A stretch of 64,000 bases of DNA. Source: Azolla caroliniana. Its lineage: Eukaryota > Plantae > Polypodiophyta. This document shows, piece after piece, positions 1 through 12,060 of the stretch. The DNA lies in the NCBI GenBank assembly GCA_043228905.1, contig JBHGNT010000006.1, positions 14,756,001-14,820,000 of the forward strand, in the 5' to 3' direction. The translations under genes were made by a program, and so were the position numbers. Each line of letters begins with the position of its first letter. Within the stretch, counting starts at the first letter, position 1. The notes beneath the pieces were generated by a model that was not told the DNA's origin, searched no databases, and was given only the letters and a program-made list of their open reading frames with translations.

Positions 1-160
1 AGCTTCACATTAAAAGTCTACAATAAGATAAATACGTAACTAAAATAAAATAAATGTTGATAATATTTTATACATAAAGATAATATTAACAACACACACT
101 ATGATAATATTATACATTATATGTAGAGGTAAATAAATAAATATATATGTTATATTACAT

Positions 161-400
161 GGACGAGAGAGCACTTGAGCCAATAACCCCCGCCTTATGA
201 CACTCAAACCTTACCATTTAGTGTATACTAATAATTTACACGAAATTATATGCGTTGTTTTATTTGAAGTAATATTTTATAGTCTAAACCATGTAATATA
301 CTACATGCACACCATATAGCATATCACATAGGCAAAAGAGGACTTGAACCAACAACCCCAACCTTATGGCATTCAAATCTTACCATTTAGCCTATATTTG
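161..400 (-). other. two degenerate tRNA-like (Pol III A-box/B-box) modules inside the LTR
   Basis: Reverse complement of 331-400 = CAAATATAGGCTAAATGGTAAGATTTGAATGCCATAAGGTTGGGGTTGTTGGTTCAAGTCCTCTTTTGCC, with an A-box-like GGCTAAATGG and a B-box GGTTCAAGTCC at tRNA-like spacing. A paralogous copy lies at about 161-230. Confidence 0.4.
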
Positions 401-456
401 TGATGTGTGTAAAATATATGTGTTGTACTATTGTATGGTTTAAACCATGAAATGTA

Positions 457-570
457 CTACATGTGCACCATATAGCACGCATGCAAAAGCCTCTCTACAT
501 GTGCACCATATAGCACACATGCAAGAGCCTCTCTGCATGTGCGCCACATGGCCCACATGTAGAACCATCT
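457..570. repeat. 38-bp tandem repeat x3 in LTR U3
   Basis: CTACATGTGCACCATATAGCAC(G/A)CATGCAA(A/G)AGCCTCT starts at 457, 495 and (degenerate) 533. Confidence 0.85.
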
Positions 571-1118
571 CTTCCCTATAAAAGGAGAAGGGAGTATGGT
601 CACAAGGGATATCAAGGAATCAATCAATCATATTGAATAGAATTATTGATGGAATTGAGGGAAATTATATTGTAAGAGATATCATAATAGAGAAAGAGTG
701 AGAGAAGGTAAAAGCTATATTCAATCTTCAAAAGACAAGAGAAGAACTAGCTTGGCGGCGGTGGTGCTCAACTCGCAACGAAAAGGCAGAGTTTCGAGTC
801 TTATCCTCATCGAAAGATAGAAGGGAAGATAGTGGTCTACTATCAAGAAAGAGAAGAGCGGCTACCCTGTGAGACAAAGTTCTCGACAGTTCAACGATGC
901 CCACAACCATTTTGTAACTCTTTCATGAAATAATTATAAATTTCTTACATTCCCTCAATTATCCCTTTACATCCTATCTTGTCATATCTTGTTGATCACT
1001 ATTTATCTATTTCTACTCTTTCGTCTCTTCCATCCAAAATCCCAGTGATTCCTTCCTCACTTTCATGTTATCTTCTATCGACGCAACGCTACACTTCTAG
1101 GCGAACCACGCCACGACA

Positions 1119-4100
1119 CTGGGCACTGAAAGTACTATTATCACAAGCACCGGTAGTGCAACCACCAGACTAGTCAAAAGCATTCCACATGTTCATTGAT
1201 GCGTCCGACATAGCAATCGGCAGTGCACTAATGCAACTGACGGAACTGAAATGGTACCGATCGGTCTATTATGCTAACCGGAAACTATCCCAAGCAGAAC
1301 GAAATTATTCAACAATGGAACGAGAAGCCTTAGGGATGATTTATAGTGTTACCAAGTTCAGTCACTATTTATTGGGAAAAAAAATTCATTTCATGTCAAC
1401 CACTCAGCGCTATTATATTTGGTCTCAAAGATATCGCTCACCGGCAAGCTAGCCCGATGGACATTGTTGCTACAAGAGTTTGAGTTCGAAATATATCATC
1501 GGCCGGGAATACAACATGCGGTTGCCGATTACCTGAGCCGGTTAGATTCCGGCGAGACCGGTGATGGAATCTCGGATGAGTTTCCGGATGCCAAGTTATT
1601 TAAAGTAACAGCAGAAACGGCAGCTAATAGCACGGTAGCCAATGAAGACAAATGGCTAACCAACATGCATCAATTCCTAAGCACGGGACTCCCACCAAAG
1701 GAGATGAACCGGGACGAGTGGAAGCGGTTAGCGGTGCAAAACCGACTTTTTTGTCTACTACAGGACACCCTGTACCACAAAGGCGCGGATGGCATATGAC
1801 GGCGAGCAGTGCGAAGCGACGAAAAGGACACAATATTACGAGAAGCGCACTGTGGCCTTGCCGGAGGGCACTATGCCGGGGATGCTACAGCAAGAAAGAT
1901 ATGGCACAGCGGGCTATGGTGGCCGACGACACGAAAGGACTCGGTTCGGTACGTGAAAGTCTATGATTTATGTCAACGGATGGGCCAACCAACAGAACAG
2001 GCAAGGATGCCTCACCAGCCGGTGCTACCCTTAGAACCCGTTCAAAAATTGGGTTGGATTTCGTTGGGCCGTTTAAACCTCCTGCAATGAGAACCGGCAA
2101 CAGATATGTTATAGTCGCCATCGATTATTGCACCAAGTGGGTAGAAGCCAAGGCTTTGTGGGACAACACTACGACATCAACGGCAAAGTTCTTATATGAG
2201 TACATCTAGTGCCGGTATGGATGCCCGATCGAGTTAATTAGCGACCAAGGCGGACATTTTCTCGATCAAGTAGTTGAGAGCTTAACAACATTCTATGTCG
2301 TGGTACACAAGCGTAGTACCCCTTATTATCCACAGGCCAATGGACTAGCCGAATCCACAAACAAAACACTCCAAAACATCCTACAAAAGATCGTCAATGA
2401 AAACCGAACTGATTGGGACACCAAGCTGCATAGTGCACTATGGGCATACCGGACGGCATACAAAACGAGTATCCGGTCAACACCATTCCGGTTAGCATTT
2501 GGCCTTGAAGCAATAATGCCGATTGAATTTCAGGTTCTGAGTTTACAGATACAAGTTAGAGAACGACTAAGTGAAAAGGAATCGGAAAAAATCCAGTTAG
2601 CCGCATTATGCGAACTCGAGGAGCATTGGATAGCTAGTCTCATGAAGTTGGAACTGGAGCAGCGACGAAGGAAGGCGTTTGTCAATCGGCACCGGAAGGG
2701 CAACGAGAAGATGTTCGGGATCGGCAAGCCGGTACTAGTGTTCCAGACCTGGATGGGTCAAATGCCGGGAAAGCTACGGTTCCGGTGGACTAGACCGTAT
2801 TGGATAACACGGGAATTCAACAGTTCATACCAGCTCGAAACGCTCGCCGGTGAGATACTAGGCAAATGGGTCAATGGGTTTCGACTCAAACCATATTGTG
2901 AACCTATGCCACAGAATCCGTTTGAGCAAACGGAGGCGAATACAACAGTAGGAAGCAAGAAAAAAGTACCTAACAATCAGACAGAGCCAGCGTTATCGGA
3001 TAACGACAAACAGGTGGCCGGCAAACATGAATATGTGGAAAAACCGGGATTTGGACCTAGTGCTTCCGGTCAACTAAAACTCAATTTGGAAAGAAAAAAA
3101 AAAGTACAAAAAAAAAGTCATCATGTAGAGGTGAGGAGCGAACGGGCACTTTGAAAAGGTGTGGTGGGTGGCTAATTAAAGCCTTTAAAAAAGGCGCACC
3201 ACGTGTCAACCGACTGCTATATGAGTACAGGATGTGCATGCGCGGGAATCAAGAAAAGGCGCCACGCATGGAGAAAGAAAACCTTCGCCGCGCAGAGTTC
3301 CTTTCATTTCACGAACACAGAGATCTCAGCATACACAGGCGATTACGAGTGATCAGGCGAGAGCACACAGAACACACAGGCGCACCTATCTTACCACAAC
3401 CTACCGACTTGGACGATGACATGGAATGCATGGTCCTCTCAGAACCAGCTAAGAAATGGCTGAAGCAACACGGGCTAGAGGGATTCTTGCGAATAGTCAA
3501 AGCACCGCCACTTGGAGATGCGGAAAATGTCGTTAAAGACATCGACACGGAGGTCATCACCAAGGAAGCCATCCGAGCTATGACCGGCCTACCGGAAGGG
3601 GGAATCTACTCGACCAACAACCCTTCGCAGGATCTATTGACGAGGTATTTTGGGGAATACACCCTGGGCAGCAAGGCGTACCGCACGCAAGGTGGTGAAG
3701 ACCTTTTGTTTCGGGAAATTGCTTGGTACTCCACGAGTATGGCCATGTATGCCCCCGACCACCGGCGATGCCCAGGAATAGAGCCGGTTTGATCATAGCC
3801 ATGTACGAGGGAGTACAGGTGGATTGGCCGGTAATGATTGCCGACGGCCTGACCGTTGCCATCGTCTCAATAAAAGAGGGCAAAAAGATGTGGACAGCAA
3901 TGGCACAATGCTCACTCTATTAGCACCACCGGTGGAACCCATGAAAGAAAGGAAGAGGGGAAGACCAACAGAATCGACCCCCAAAATAGCTTCAAGATGG
4001 CAGCAACTTCTGGCTACCCAGGCAAAAGAACGGCCTAATTGGAAGCGGCTGACAGAGAAGGAGGCATCGGTAGACACCTCGGGGAGACCGTTGAATATCA

Positions 4101-6857
4101 AGTTACGCCTATCGGAACAACAAGCAAAACAGCAACCGGAGAAAACGCAGGGGCAGGACCCCTTGGCGGCGTTAATCAACAACAAGACCCTGGAAGAATA
4201 CCAGGAGGAAGACGAACCAACCGAGACGTTGCTACGGCGTCACCAGACAAGTGAAAAGGGTCATGAAGGGGGGACATCCAAGCTAACGGAGGACAGTATA
4301 CGGGAACCCCTCCTTAAGGAGCCGCAACCGAGGAAGGCGGTAGAACTGGCTCAACAAGAATCGGGGATGGAGCAGGTGCAATGGCAGGACATCGCGGAAC
4401 CAGTAGTTCAGGACACGGCAGTACCGGTGGATCAAGAACCGGTCATTGAATTGCCGGTATCACCGCCGCCGCAGCAATAGCTAGAACTAGAGCAGCCGTG
4501 TGACGTAACCGTCCATAGTAGCCTCGTGACCAGTGAAAATGTCATCCCACGACCAGACCTGGCACGACCACAAGGCACCCGTAGTCGATGGCTCTAATGG
4601 GTAGCAGAACAAGTGACTAGTGTTGTCTGCCAGTTAGAAGCGGAAGAGAAAGCGCAGGAATCTCGGTTGCTAGCCACAACCGAGGAATTAGAGATGGCCC
4701 GGTCAAGAATCCAGAGCATGGAAGAAGACATAGAGAAGGCCAAAACAGAAATGGCCAAGTTGGTCATAGAAGGACCGCAGCAATCGGAACCGGTGGCCCC
4801 GGTAACTCTACAGAACGATCAAACCCCGGTGACAGCAGCAGGCCCGGATACTCATAAATCGTCAGCACAGGAGCTCGCCACACTAAGGGAAGACCTGGCA
4901 GCACAAGAAGCCTTACGAGCCAGGGAACGAGAATTGAAAAAAGCGGCGGAGGAAGAACAAAGGAGAACGGCCAACAGCCTCCCCCGAACAGAGGAAAGCT
5001 TGAGAAGAGTTCATCAAGCGTATGACCAGCTGAAAGAAGAGAAAGACAAACTCCTGCAAGAAAAAGAGAAACTCCAGAGGACGGCGGAAGTACAGATTGA
5101 GCGCCTCAAAGAAGAGCTCCGCCAACAAAAAGACCGTGAGGACCATGCTCGCCGGCTTACCAATCAAAAGCTCAAACAAAAAACCGACGACTTCGACCGA
5201 CTACACCAGGATTATAAGCATTTGGATGCCGATCATAAGAAATTAACTACCGAAAGTGACCAGCAGTAGGTAAAGTGCAGAGAACTCCGGGAGGAACTTA
5301 ACCGGTTGACAACGGCATTAATGGAAGAGCAGTCGAAGGGAGCCAAACAAGCGAAACAACTAGCGGCAGCAGCGAAAGAGCACATGGACCTACAAGTGCA
5401 ACACCATGCAAAAATGGAGCGCACTACAATGACTCTGAACAAAGTTCAGACGACATATCAGACCCAACGCATGCACTACAGAAGCCAAGAAGTGGCAACC
5501 GCAAGCCCGATCAAACAATTGAAGGACAAAAACAGGCCGCAGAAAACAAGTCGAAGATGGGGCTGGGGCGAATCTGGGACATCGTACTGGCATGGAGGAA
5601 TCGAACGAAGCAATTGGTGGAAGAAAGCTCAGTACAGTGGTGGTCGAAGTGGGCTAAGCAGGCAGCAGAGCTACAGTTGGTGCGGGCAGATGCGGAGAAC
5701 CGGCGGAAAGAGTGCGACAAAGTTTACATCCTAGATAAAGAAAGCATCGAAGCAATAAAAGAGGAACTGGCGGATGATTTCCTATCCTTGGCTAATGAGT
5801 AGAGGGTGGCGGTACGCCAGTTGGTGGCACACCCGGATGATGACCAGTTTGACAACCAACTCCATTTCGAAAATTACGAACGGGAACGGCGACGGCAAGA
5901 AGTGGCCAAGAAAACTGTGGCGATTAGCATCAGTGACGAGGAGCCATCTTCAAAACAAACGCCAGTTAAAGTCGGGGGATGCCAACCAGAGAGTGCTCAG
6001 GAGGAGTCGCTAGAGGAAGGTCATCCGCAGGAACCGGTGCACGCCGAACGCAGAGCCAAGAGACGCCAAGGCCGGTTGAGCCGGAAAAGGAGGAAGAGCC
6101 GGTAAGACCAGTCGAGCCGGAATTAGAGACAGAGATAGTCAAACTGACGGAGCCGCAGGCAACGGACGTCAACCAGCATCAGCCTCGGCTAGCGCCGGAG
6201 CGGAAAGAAGAGCAGCCACAACCGCAGGAACAGCAGGAGGAGGAACAACAGCAGCAGCAGACGACAGAACAGCTTCCTAAGGAACCATTAGAACCCTTAG
6301 ATCAAAGCATTCTCAATATTTTGGAGGATGAATGAAGGCCGGATCGTGGGATTCGACGTACAAGGTACTATCCCACGGGCGTGCCATGTGTTAGCCGGCC
6401 GGCAAGGGAAGTCCAAAATGGGAAAGGGGGGATAATTAATAACCGGGAGCTGATTAGTTATAATGTTACAATATAGAATTATTATGATTTTGAGAAGCGA
6501 ACGGACGGACCCGGAGTTGGTATGCCAATCCGGATCCGGACCGGTTCGTAGTCGGTTGCCGGTTGTCACCGGTTTGTACCTAAAGCCGGAGACCTATAAA
6601 AGGGCCCGGTTAGATTGTAATCAGGAGCAGATAATTAATAGAGTGTTGTTGTTCTGTATCTTAATCATTGTTAATTACCGTTCTGTGTTAAGTGTAATTT
6701 ATCCAATGCATGTATTGTGACTAATGATATTGCCGCTAGTAACCAATTAGGGTTCCATTAATAGTCGGTCTAACTCTATCTCACCGCAACACCCCTTTGG
6801 TGAAGTGTCTCAAAGGGACACCCTGTGTTAGGCCATTGTCCGGCCCTAGCGATAACA
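1119..6857 (+). mobile_element. Ty3/gypsy LTR retrotransposon, Athila-like, 3' half (RNase H, integrase, extra ORF, PPT, 3' LTR); degenerate
   Basis: RNase H (DASDIAIG..., NYSTMEREALG), integrase HHCC (AHCGLAGGHY) and DDE core (GLDFVGP, YYPQANGLAE) in frameshifted ORFs 1189-3154. [21 protein letters not shown] at about 6415-6432. LTR with TATA (CCTATAAAAGGG, about 6593) ends ...GATAACA at 6857. Confidence 0.85.
3268..6335 (+). pseudogene. extra ORF 3' of pol (about 1000 codons, coiled-coil/charged), broken by frameshifts and stops
   Basis: Consecutive sense ORFs 3151-3792, 3723-3923, 3824-4480, 4613-5269, 5306-5734, 5557-5802, 5806-6105 and 5979-6335 tile the region between integrase and PPT. 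E/K/Q/R-rich heptad-like middle section. Confidence 0.65.
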
Positions 6858-7590
6858 TCCTCTATATAGGCTCGAAGGACTTCTAGCTGGGTTGGTGACA
6901 AATTGTAGATCGGTCCCCATGGTGACTCTTTTCTCGGTTGTATATCGATGGGGCAATCATAAGGTCGATGGTGAGGAAGTGTATTAACTCGTACATTATC
7001 GAACACATCGGCATAATGACGATACTTCTCTGGAAGTTGAACGGTGGACTCCTCTTTATTGATACTGGAGGGGTTTACTGATATTGCGAAGAGAAACATT
7101 TCTTCCTTGCATCCTTCCTCACGCAACTGATGTAGCGAAATGGTTGCAATCTTATGAGTAGATCCTCGGGTTTGTCGACATTGTATTTCTCTTGTTCTCC
7201 AATCTATGGCTGGGTTATGTAATTCGAACCCTGGTAATCCCAAAACAATGGGATGTTCTAGGATACTAATTATATTAAATGATACTACACACGCTAAGTT
7301 ATCTAGGACATATTAACGAAAGCAATGGGACGACCATCAATGACTACTATAGAGGCTGGACATGGGAGTTTCTTTAGGGATATCTAATGAGCTTGGGCAA
7401 AATTCCTATCCATGAAGCAAGAGTTGGCTCCGGAATCTAAGAGTGCTAAGACATGTACTAGAGGAGTACTTTTAGTACTAACCATTACTTGAGCTAAGAA
7501 AACATTGCTAACTTGCTTAGAGGAAATGGAACCACTAATGGGCTACACAGATCTAGGGTTGTCCAACCAAACGGCTCCTATTTTGGCTGG
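6858..7590 (-). mobile_element. gypsy chromovirus-type (Tcn1-like) protease to RT-start fragment, interrupted by the Athila-like element
   Basis: Minus strand LLDSGANSCFMD (about 7411-7446) and LPHHRPYDCPIDI...WGPIYNLSPTQLEVLRAYIE, cut exactly at the 6857 LTR end. Confidence 0.75.
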
Positions 7591-7599
7591 ACTTAATCA

Positions 7600-9420
7600 T
7601 GCACACCCGATGTCGTACACCGATTCATGAGGTATACAGTCGTGTTAGCCACTTCTGCCTAGTACGACTTTGGCAGGTGCTTTTTGTTCATCATGGCCTG
7701 TGCTACTTCTAGGATGTCCCAATTCTTTAGTTCGGCGAATCCGTTTTGTTGTGGCGTATGTCGACACGAAAACCCTCGCCAAATTCCTTTTTTCCGTAGA
7801 AAAGCCGAAAATTTGTCAAAGAAGTACTCCATCCGACCGAAGACATCGCACATGTCAGCCCGTGGCTTTCTCAACTTCATTTTTAAATTTCTGGAAGTGT
7901 CCGAACACTTTGCTCTTTTGCCGCATGGGGTAGATCTAGGTGTGCCTGGAGAAGTTGTCGATGAAGGCCACGTAGTATCGGCATCCGCCAAATGTAGCCA
8001 TCTGAGCCGGACCCCATACATCGGAGTGAATTGCGTCGAGTACACCTTTGTTCACGTTCCGCTCCTTCAGAAATGGGTGCCGATGTTGCTTACCGAATTG
8101 GCAAGCGGCACACACGCCTTCAATCTCTTTCTCCTTGAATGTCGGGAGCCCAATGACGACTCCTTTCGATTGCATTGCCTTGAGCTGTTGGAGGTTGATA
8201 TGGCCAATCCGCTTGTGCCATAACTCTATGTCGGAATCGGCTTTCGTGCCCTTTGCGAACATGGCCTATTTCATCTCGTGCGAGTCGAGAATGAACATTC
8301 GACCCTCTCTTCGTCCGCAAGCGATGAGTCAGCCCTCTTTTTCTATGAAGCAACCGCCTTGATTAAATCGTACTTGCATCCCTTGCTCAACAATTTGGCA
8401 AACGGAGACCAAATTCTTCGTAGTGGTTGGCACATGCAAAACATTTTTAATAAAAGTTTGCTTACCTTCTTTGCCTAATGGGACATTGCCGATGTGTTGA
8501 ATCGAATGCGTAGTGTCGTGTCCAGTTTCGACATAGCCGGGTCGGTTCGACTCTCGAAGTTCTCGGAACCATTCTTGATGAGACGTCATATGATTCGAAG
8601 CACCAGAGTCGACGAACCATACTTCTTCCGGACTGGTGGCAATAGTTGAAGTAGAGGCCGACATAGAATTTTCTCTATGTCTCATGACGAACATTCTGCC
8701 ACGATCGTGATAGTCGGAATTGGTATCGTAATTGGTTAGTTGTCGACTAGTGGAAGCCGACTCGCACATCTTCTTTCGGCACTTTTCTTCGTGGTGGCCG
8801 ATTTTGCCACAATATCCGCATTCGATCGATGTTTGTCGGCTTGGACCGGAATAATGGCTGCCCCTTCTTCCGAAGGTTCCTTGATGGCCTCCGTCTTGTT
8901 TCCGTACTTGAATGTTGTTTTCGTAACTTGGGCCTTGTCCACCTCTTCTTCCACGGCCGCGTCCTCTTCCTCCGTCCAAGTGTGAGTAAAGAATGTGGCC
9001 TTCCGAGGCGTTGCTCTTTGATCGAACATGGTTTTCTTCGACCAACAACATAGATTGAAGATCGAAGAAAGAGGGCGGGTTCTCCCGTGCTAATACGGCG
9101 GTCCTCATTGCGCCGAACCGTGGTGCAAGGCCGCCAAGGCATATTTGCACCATCTCATCATCATCCACATTGACGCCTATTGAGTCGAGCGAGTCACAAA
9201 ACTCCTTGATCTTCAAGGTGTAGCTCGTGATGGACATATTCCTTTGTTGGATGTTGTTCAACTCTTGGTGGAGTTGAAGCTTTCTCGCGGTTGTGTTGGC
9301 GGCGAAAATCTTTCATAGATTCTCCCACGCTTCCTTTGTCGTCCCGTCTTCTCGAATGTAGCCGAGCAAGTGGTCGTGAACACATGTCACCAAGCAATAC
9401 ATCACTCGGCCCAAAACCAA
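7600..9420 (-). mobile_element. Ty1/copia fragment (gag, zinc knuckle, protease, GAG-pre-integrase, partial integrase)
   Basis: ORF 8329-9261 has CGYCGKIGHHEEKC and WFVDSGASNHMT. ORF 7936-8262 has LWHKRIGHIN and HSDVWGP. ORF 7659-8045 has HTPQQNG. Truncated at both ends. Confidence 0.9.
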
Positions 9421-9461
9421 CTTTTCGAGGATCGAACCAAACCAACTTTTCAACATCCGGA

Positions 9462-9750
9462 TGTTGTGTTCGAATGTACATGTTGAGAATCGAAGTCAAC
9501 TTCCCATAGAGATAGTGTTCACACTAGCTAATGGACATCATACTAGGCTAGTTTTGTAATTAGTAGAAAGGGCACTTGCCCTAAACTAGTTGGTATTTAA
9601 ACCAACTCTTTGTAACTTAGTTACTGTTGGATGTAATAAAATTTTCCTAATACAAGTTCTTGTTCTAAGCTCTCTCTCTCTCCCCCTCTCTTTGTTTACC
9701 TTATGTGCACTCACACACATACAGAGCCCGCTTCCGTTGCATAGCACCAC
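9462..9750 (+). mobile_element. probable LTR fragment
   Basis: TGTTG start, TATTTAA, TGTAAC, AATAAA and a CT-rich tract in typical LTR order. No partner LTR or TSD found. Confidence 0.3.
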
Positions 9751-11049
9751 CTACGTCTCTTACTCTTTAAAGTATGGAAACTTTTGATGTTGCTACCTGT
9801 CCTCAGGGCCTCATTTTGAGATAGATGTAGCAATCGACACCACAGTCTAGTTAATCAAGCAGATAAAGCATGTGGCACAACTAGTCTAACTTTACATGTA
9901 GATGTGGCATCTATTGGGGTCATCCCAACCAAAGAAGTACATATGTTGCAACTCAAACACAAGACCAACCAACAAAATGCTTGCCTTTCTCGAATATGCA
10001 GGAGCAAATTAAGTTGAATCCAGACCCAAAGAAACCTGAATAGAGGAGGGTGTGAAGAGGAAGCAGACGCCAATGTTCCCATGTGAACCTAAGTTTATTA
10101 AAGTAGAAATTCAACATGAGTTTCAGGAATGGAAGCCGAAACCACTGGAAAGAATAAAGGAGAGCTTCAATTTTTGAGCTTGATAAAGTCCTCGTAAATA
10201 TGTGAGCGATGAAGCCAAAGGAGAGCATGAATCCCTTTTTGGCATGGGTTGTGCAATGGTTTAATATTTTTATTTGGAGTGATAAACCACATAATGAAGT
10301 TTGGAACTGTGTAGATAGAATCTTACCAAAATGGATAGTACAATTTAAGTGTCAATGGACAAGGGAAAACTATGAAGTGAATGCAAGGTTCAAAATCCTT
10401 GACAGACTTTGGTTCGTGTGGCTAGAGTATAATGATGATACTACCTTAATGGAGGATACACAACATTTTCGGTAATATCTCAACATTCGCAAATGTTGTC
10501 CTATTGTACCAAATGATATGTCAAGCAACTACTTTCAGGAAACTATTTGCAGCTAATTTCAAACATGGTTAAATGCACTCTATACCAAGATGAGTATGTA
10601 GAAAACATATGTAGGGAGGTTCCACTAAATTCAAAGACCTTGGCAATTTATCGCAAATTTGTAGAACAATCATAGCCTTCAATGTATTCTAACTTATGTA
10701 ATTTTATTACAATCTAATGAACACTTTTTAACTTTTTTATAAGTCTAATTTCAAGAGTTTGATTTTTAAATAATGTCATGATTCTGTAAATGATGTAGTA
10801 ATGTCAAAGATTTTGGTAGTTGAAGTGATTTTGTTAGAAACAAAGTTTATATTGTAAAACAAGAAACATACCAGAGCTAACTTTCTAAATAAAAAAAACT
10901 ATTAATTTGTCATTACCATAGTGTTTAGATATGCTCAAGTTAGTAGACAAAAACCAAACAGAATACCAGAAAAACTAAATTTAAGCCATGTTTATATTAT
11001 AAAAGATGAGTGTTCAAAATACAAATAATTTTTCCATTATTCAGAAAAA

Positions 11050-11416
11050 GTATGATTTATTGGAAGCTACAAATTCCATGGCATAGTGTTGTAAATACAC
11101 TCATCCAAATGAGCACTAATTGTGTATAAATCGATGCAACTCTTGTATTACTACATCGGTATTCAGATGCACCTCACCAAATGAGAGTACATGTATGCTA
11201 CGGGTTTGTCTTGTGGACATATTCATATTCGTCCACTCTTTCATAAAAAATGCCTAATAATGTAGAATGTCCTAGCAGATACAACATTTTCCCAAGCATC
11301 AACAATATCGTGAATTGCACATTGTCTAGAAATTGTGTAGTTCAATAAATAAAAATCAACACCCTCAAAACTTCCATCGTTAGCATTTACAGTGAATTTT
11401 ATCACCAACATATACG
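11050..11416 (-). pseudogene. DNA transposase C-terminal remnant (Sola-like), downstream part; split by the 11421 gypsy
   Basis: Minus strand ...KFTVNANDGSFEGVDFYLL...DKPVAYMYSHLVR continues the coding-like sequence that ends at 23756 once the gypsy and its TSD are removed. Confidence 0.45.
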
Positions 11417-12043
11417 ACGTTGTCGTAGTGTATTCCACAAACTACGTGAAAACCATAAAATAATATATCCGATTTTAGATACATATAAATAAATAAATAA
11501 TATATCAAAACATTGTTATATATATAGATTTAATACGTATAAGACCTTTATTTACACATACCTTTATTAAAAGATAAAAATCATGTATTCTTTAGGGTGT
11601 GAATATTTTATTTACACGTGACATTAAAAGTGACTCATGCACATCTAGCGTGCATGAGCCCTATACTTAGGGAATGACAAAGCGTCACATGCACATTTAG
11701 TGTGCATGGACACTTTTGGTGAAAAAGCATGAAGCCATGCTTAGCCTCTTCCATCTTTATATAAGGAGGAGAGAAATATGTATAAGGTTGTTAATTAATA
11801 TACAAGGATTGATCAATCTAATATATTCGTGGGATTCACGAAATTTGCCATCTAAATTACTCTTATAATCTAAATATTGTTTTAAATACACTAAACTCGT
11901 GGGATTCACGAGATTGCTATCTTACTTCTCTTTCCACTATTCATAACTAGCCTTAAGTTGTATTCCTCTTCCTCCTAGTCAAAAACCTCGGCGGTTCCCA
12001 CCCAACTCACGCAACGATCCGGAGCCGAAAGGCACGACACAGT

Positions 12044-12060
12044 TGGTGAACCCGACGTGA
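12044..12060 (+). promoter_or_regulatory. primer binding site, tRNA-Trp
   Basis: TGGTGAACCCGACGTGA is complementary to the 3' end of plant tRNA-Trp (...TCACGTCGGGTTCACCA) and starts 4 nt after the 5' LTR end. Confidence 0.8.

Larger units (their letters stand above)
1..1118 (+). mobile_element. LTR (3' or solo; left end outside window) of a gypsy family related to the 11421 element, inserted in the pol of the downstream gypsy
   Basis: Ends ...CCACGACA (1118), like the ...GGCACGACA end of LTRs 11421-12039 and 23048-23751. TATA-like CCCTATAAAAGG near 574-585. Pol codons (W-A-L-K-V-L-L-S-Q-A-P-V-V-Q-P-P-D) resume immediately at 1119-1120. Confidence 0.65.

Noticed and set aside
331-400. Functional tRNA-Met gene
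   Set aside because: Anticodon and acceptor stems do not pair properly; kept only as a tRNA-like module.
9790-11040. Short ORFs (e.g. 10209-10475) as genes
   Set aside because: No motifs or splice structure; AT-rich, probably decayed TE or intergenic DNA.
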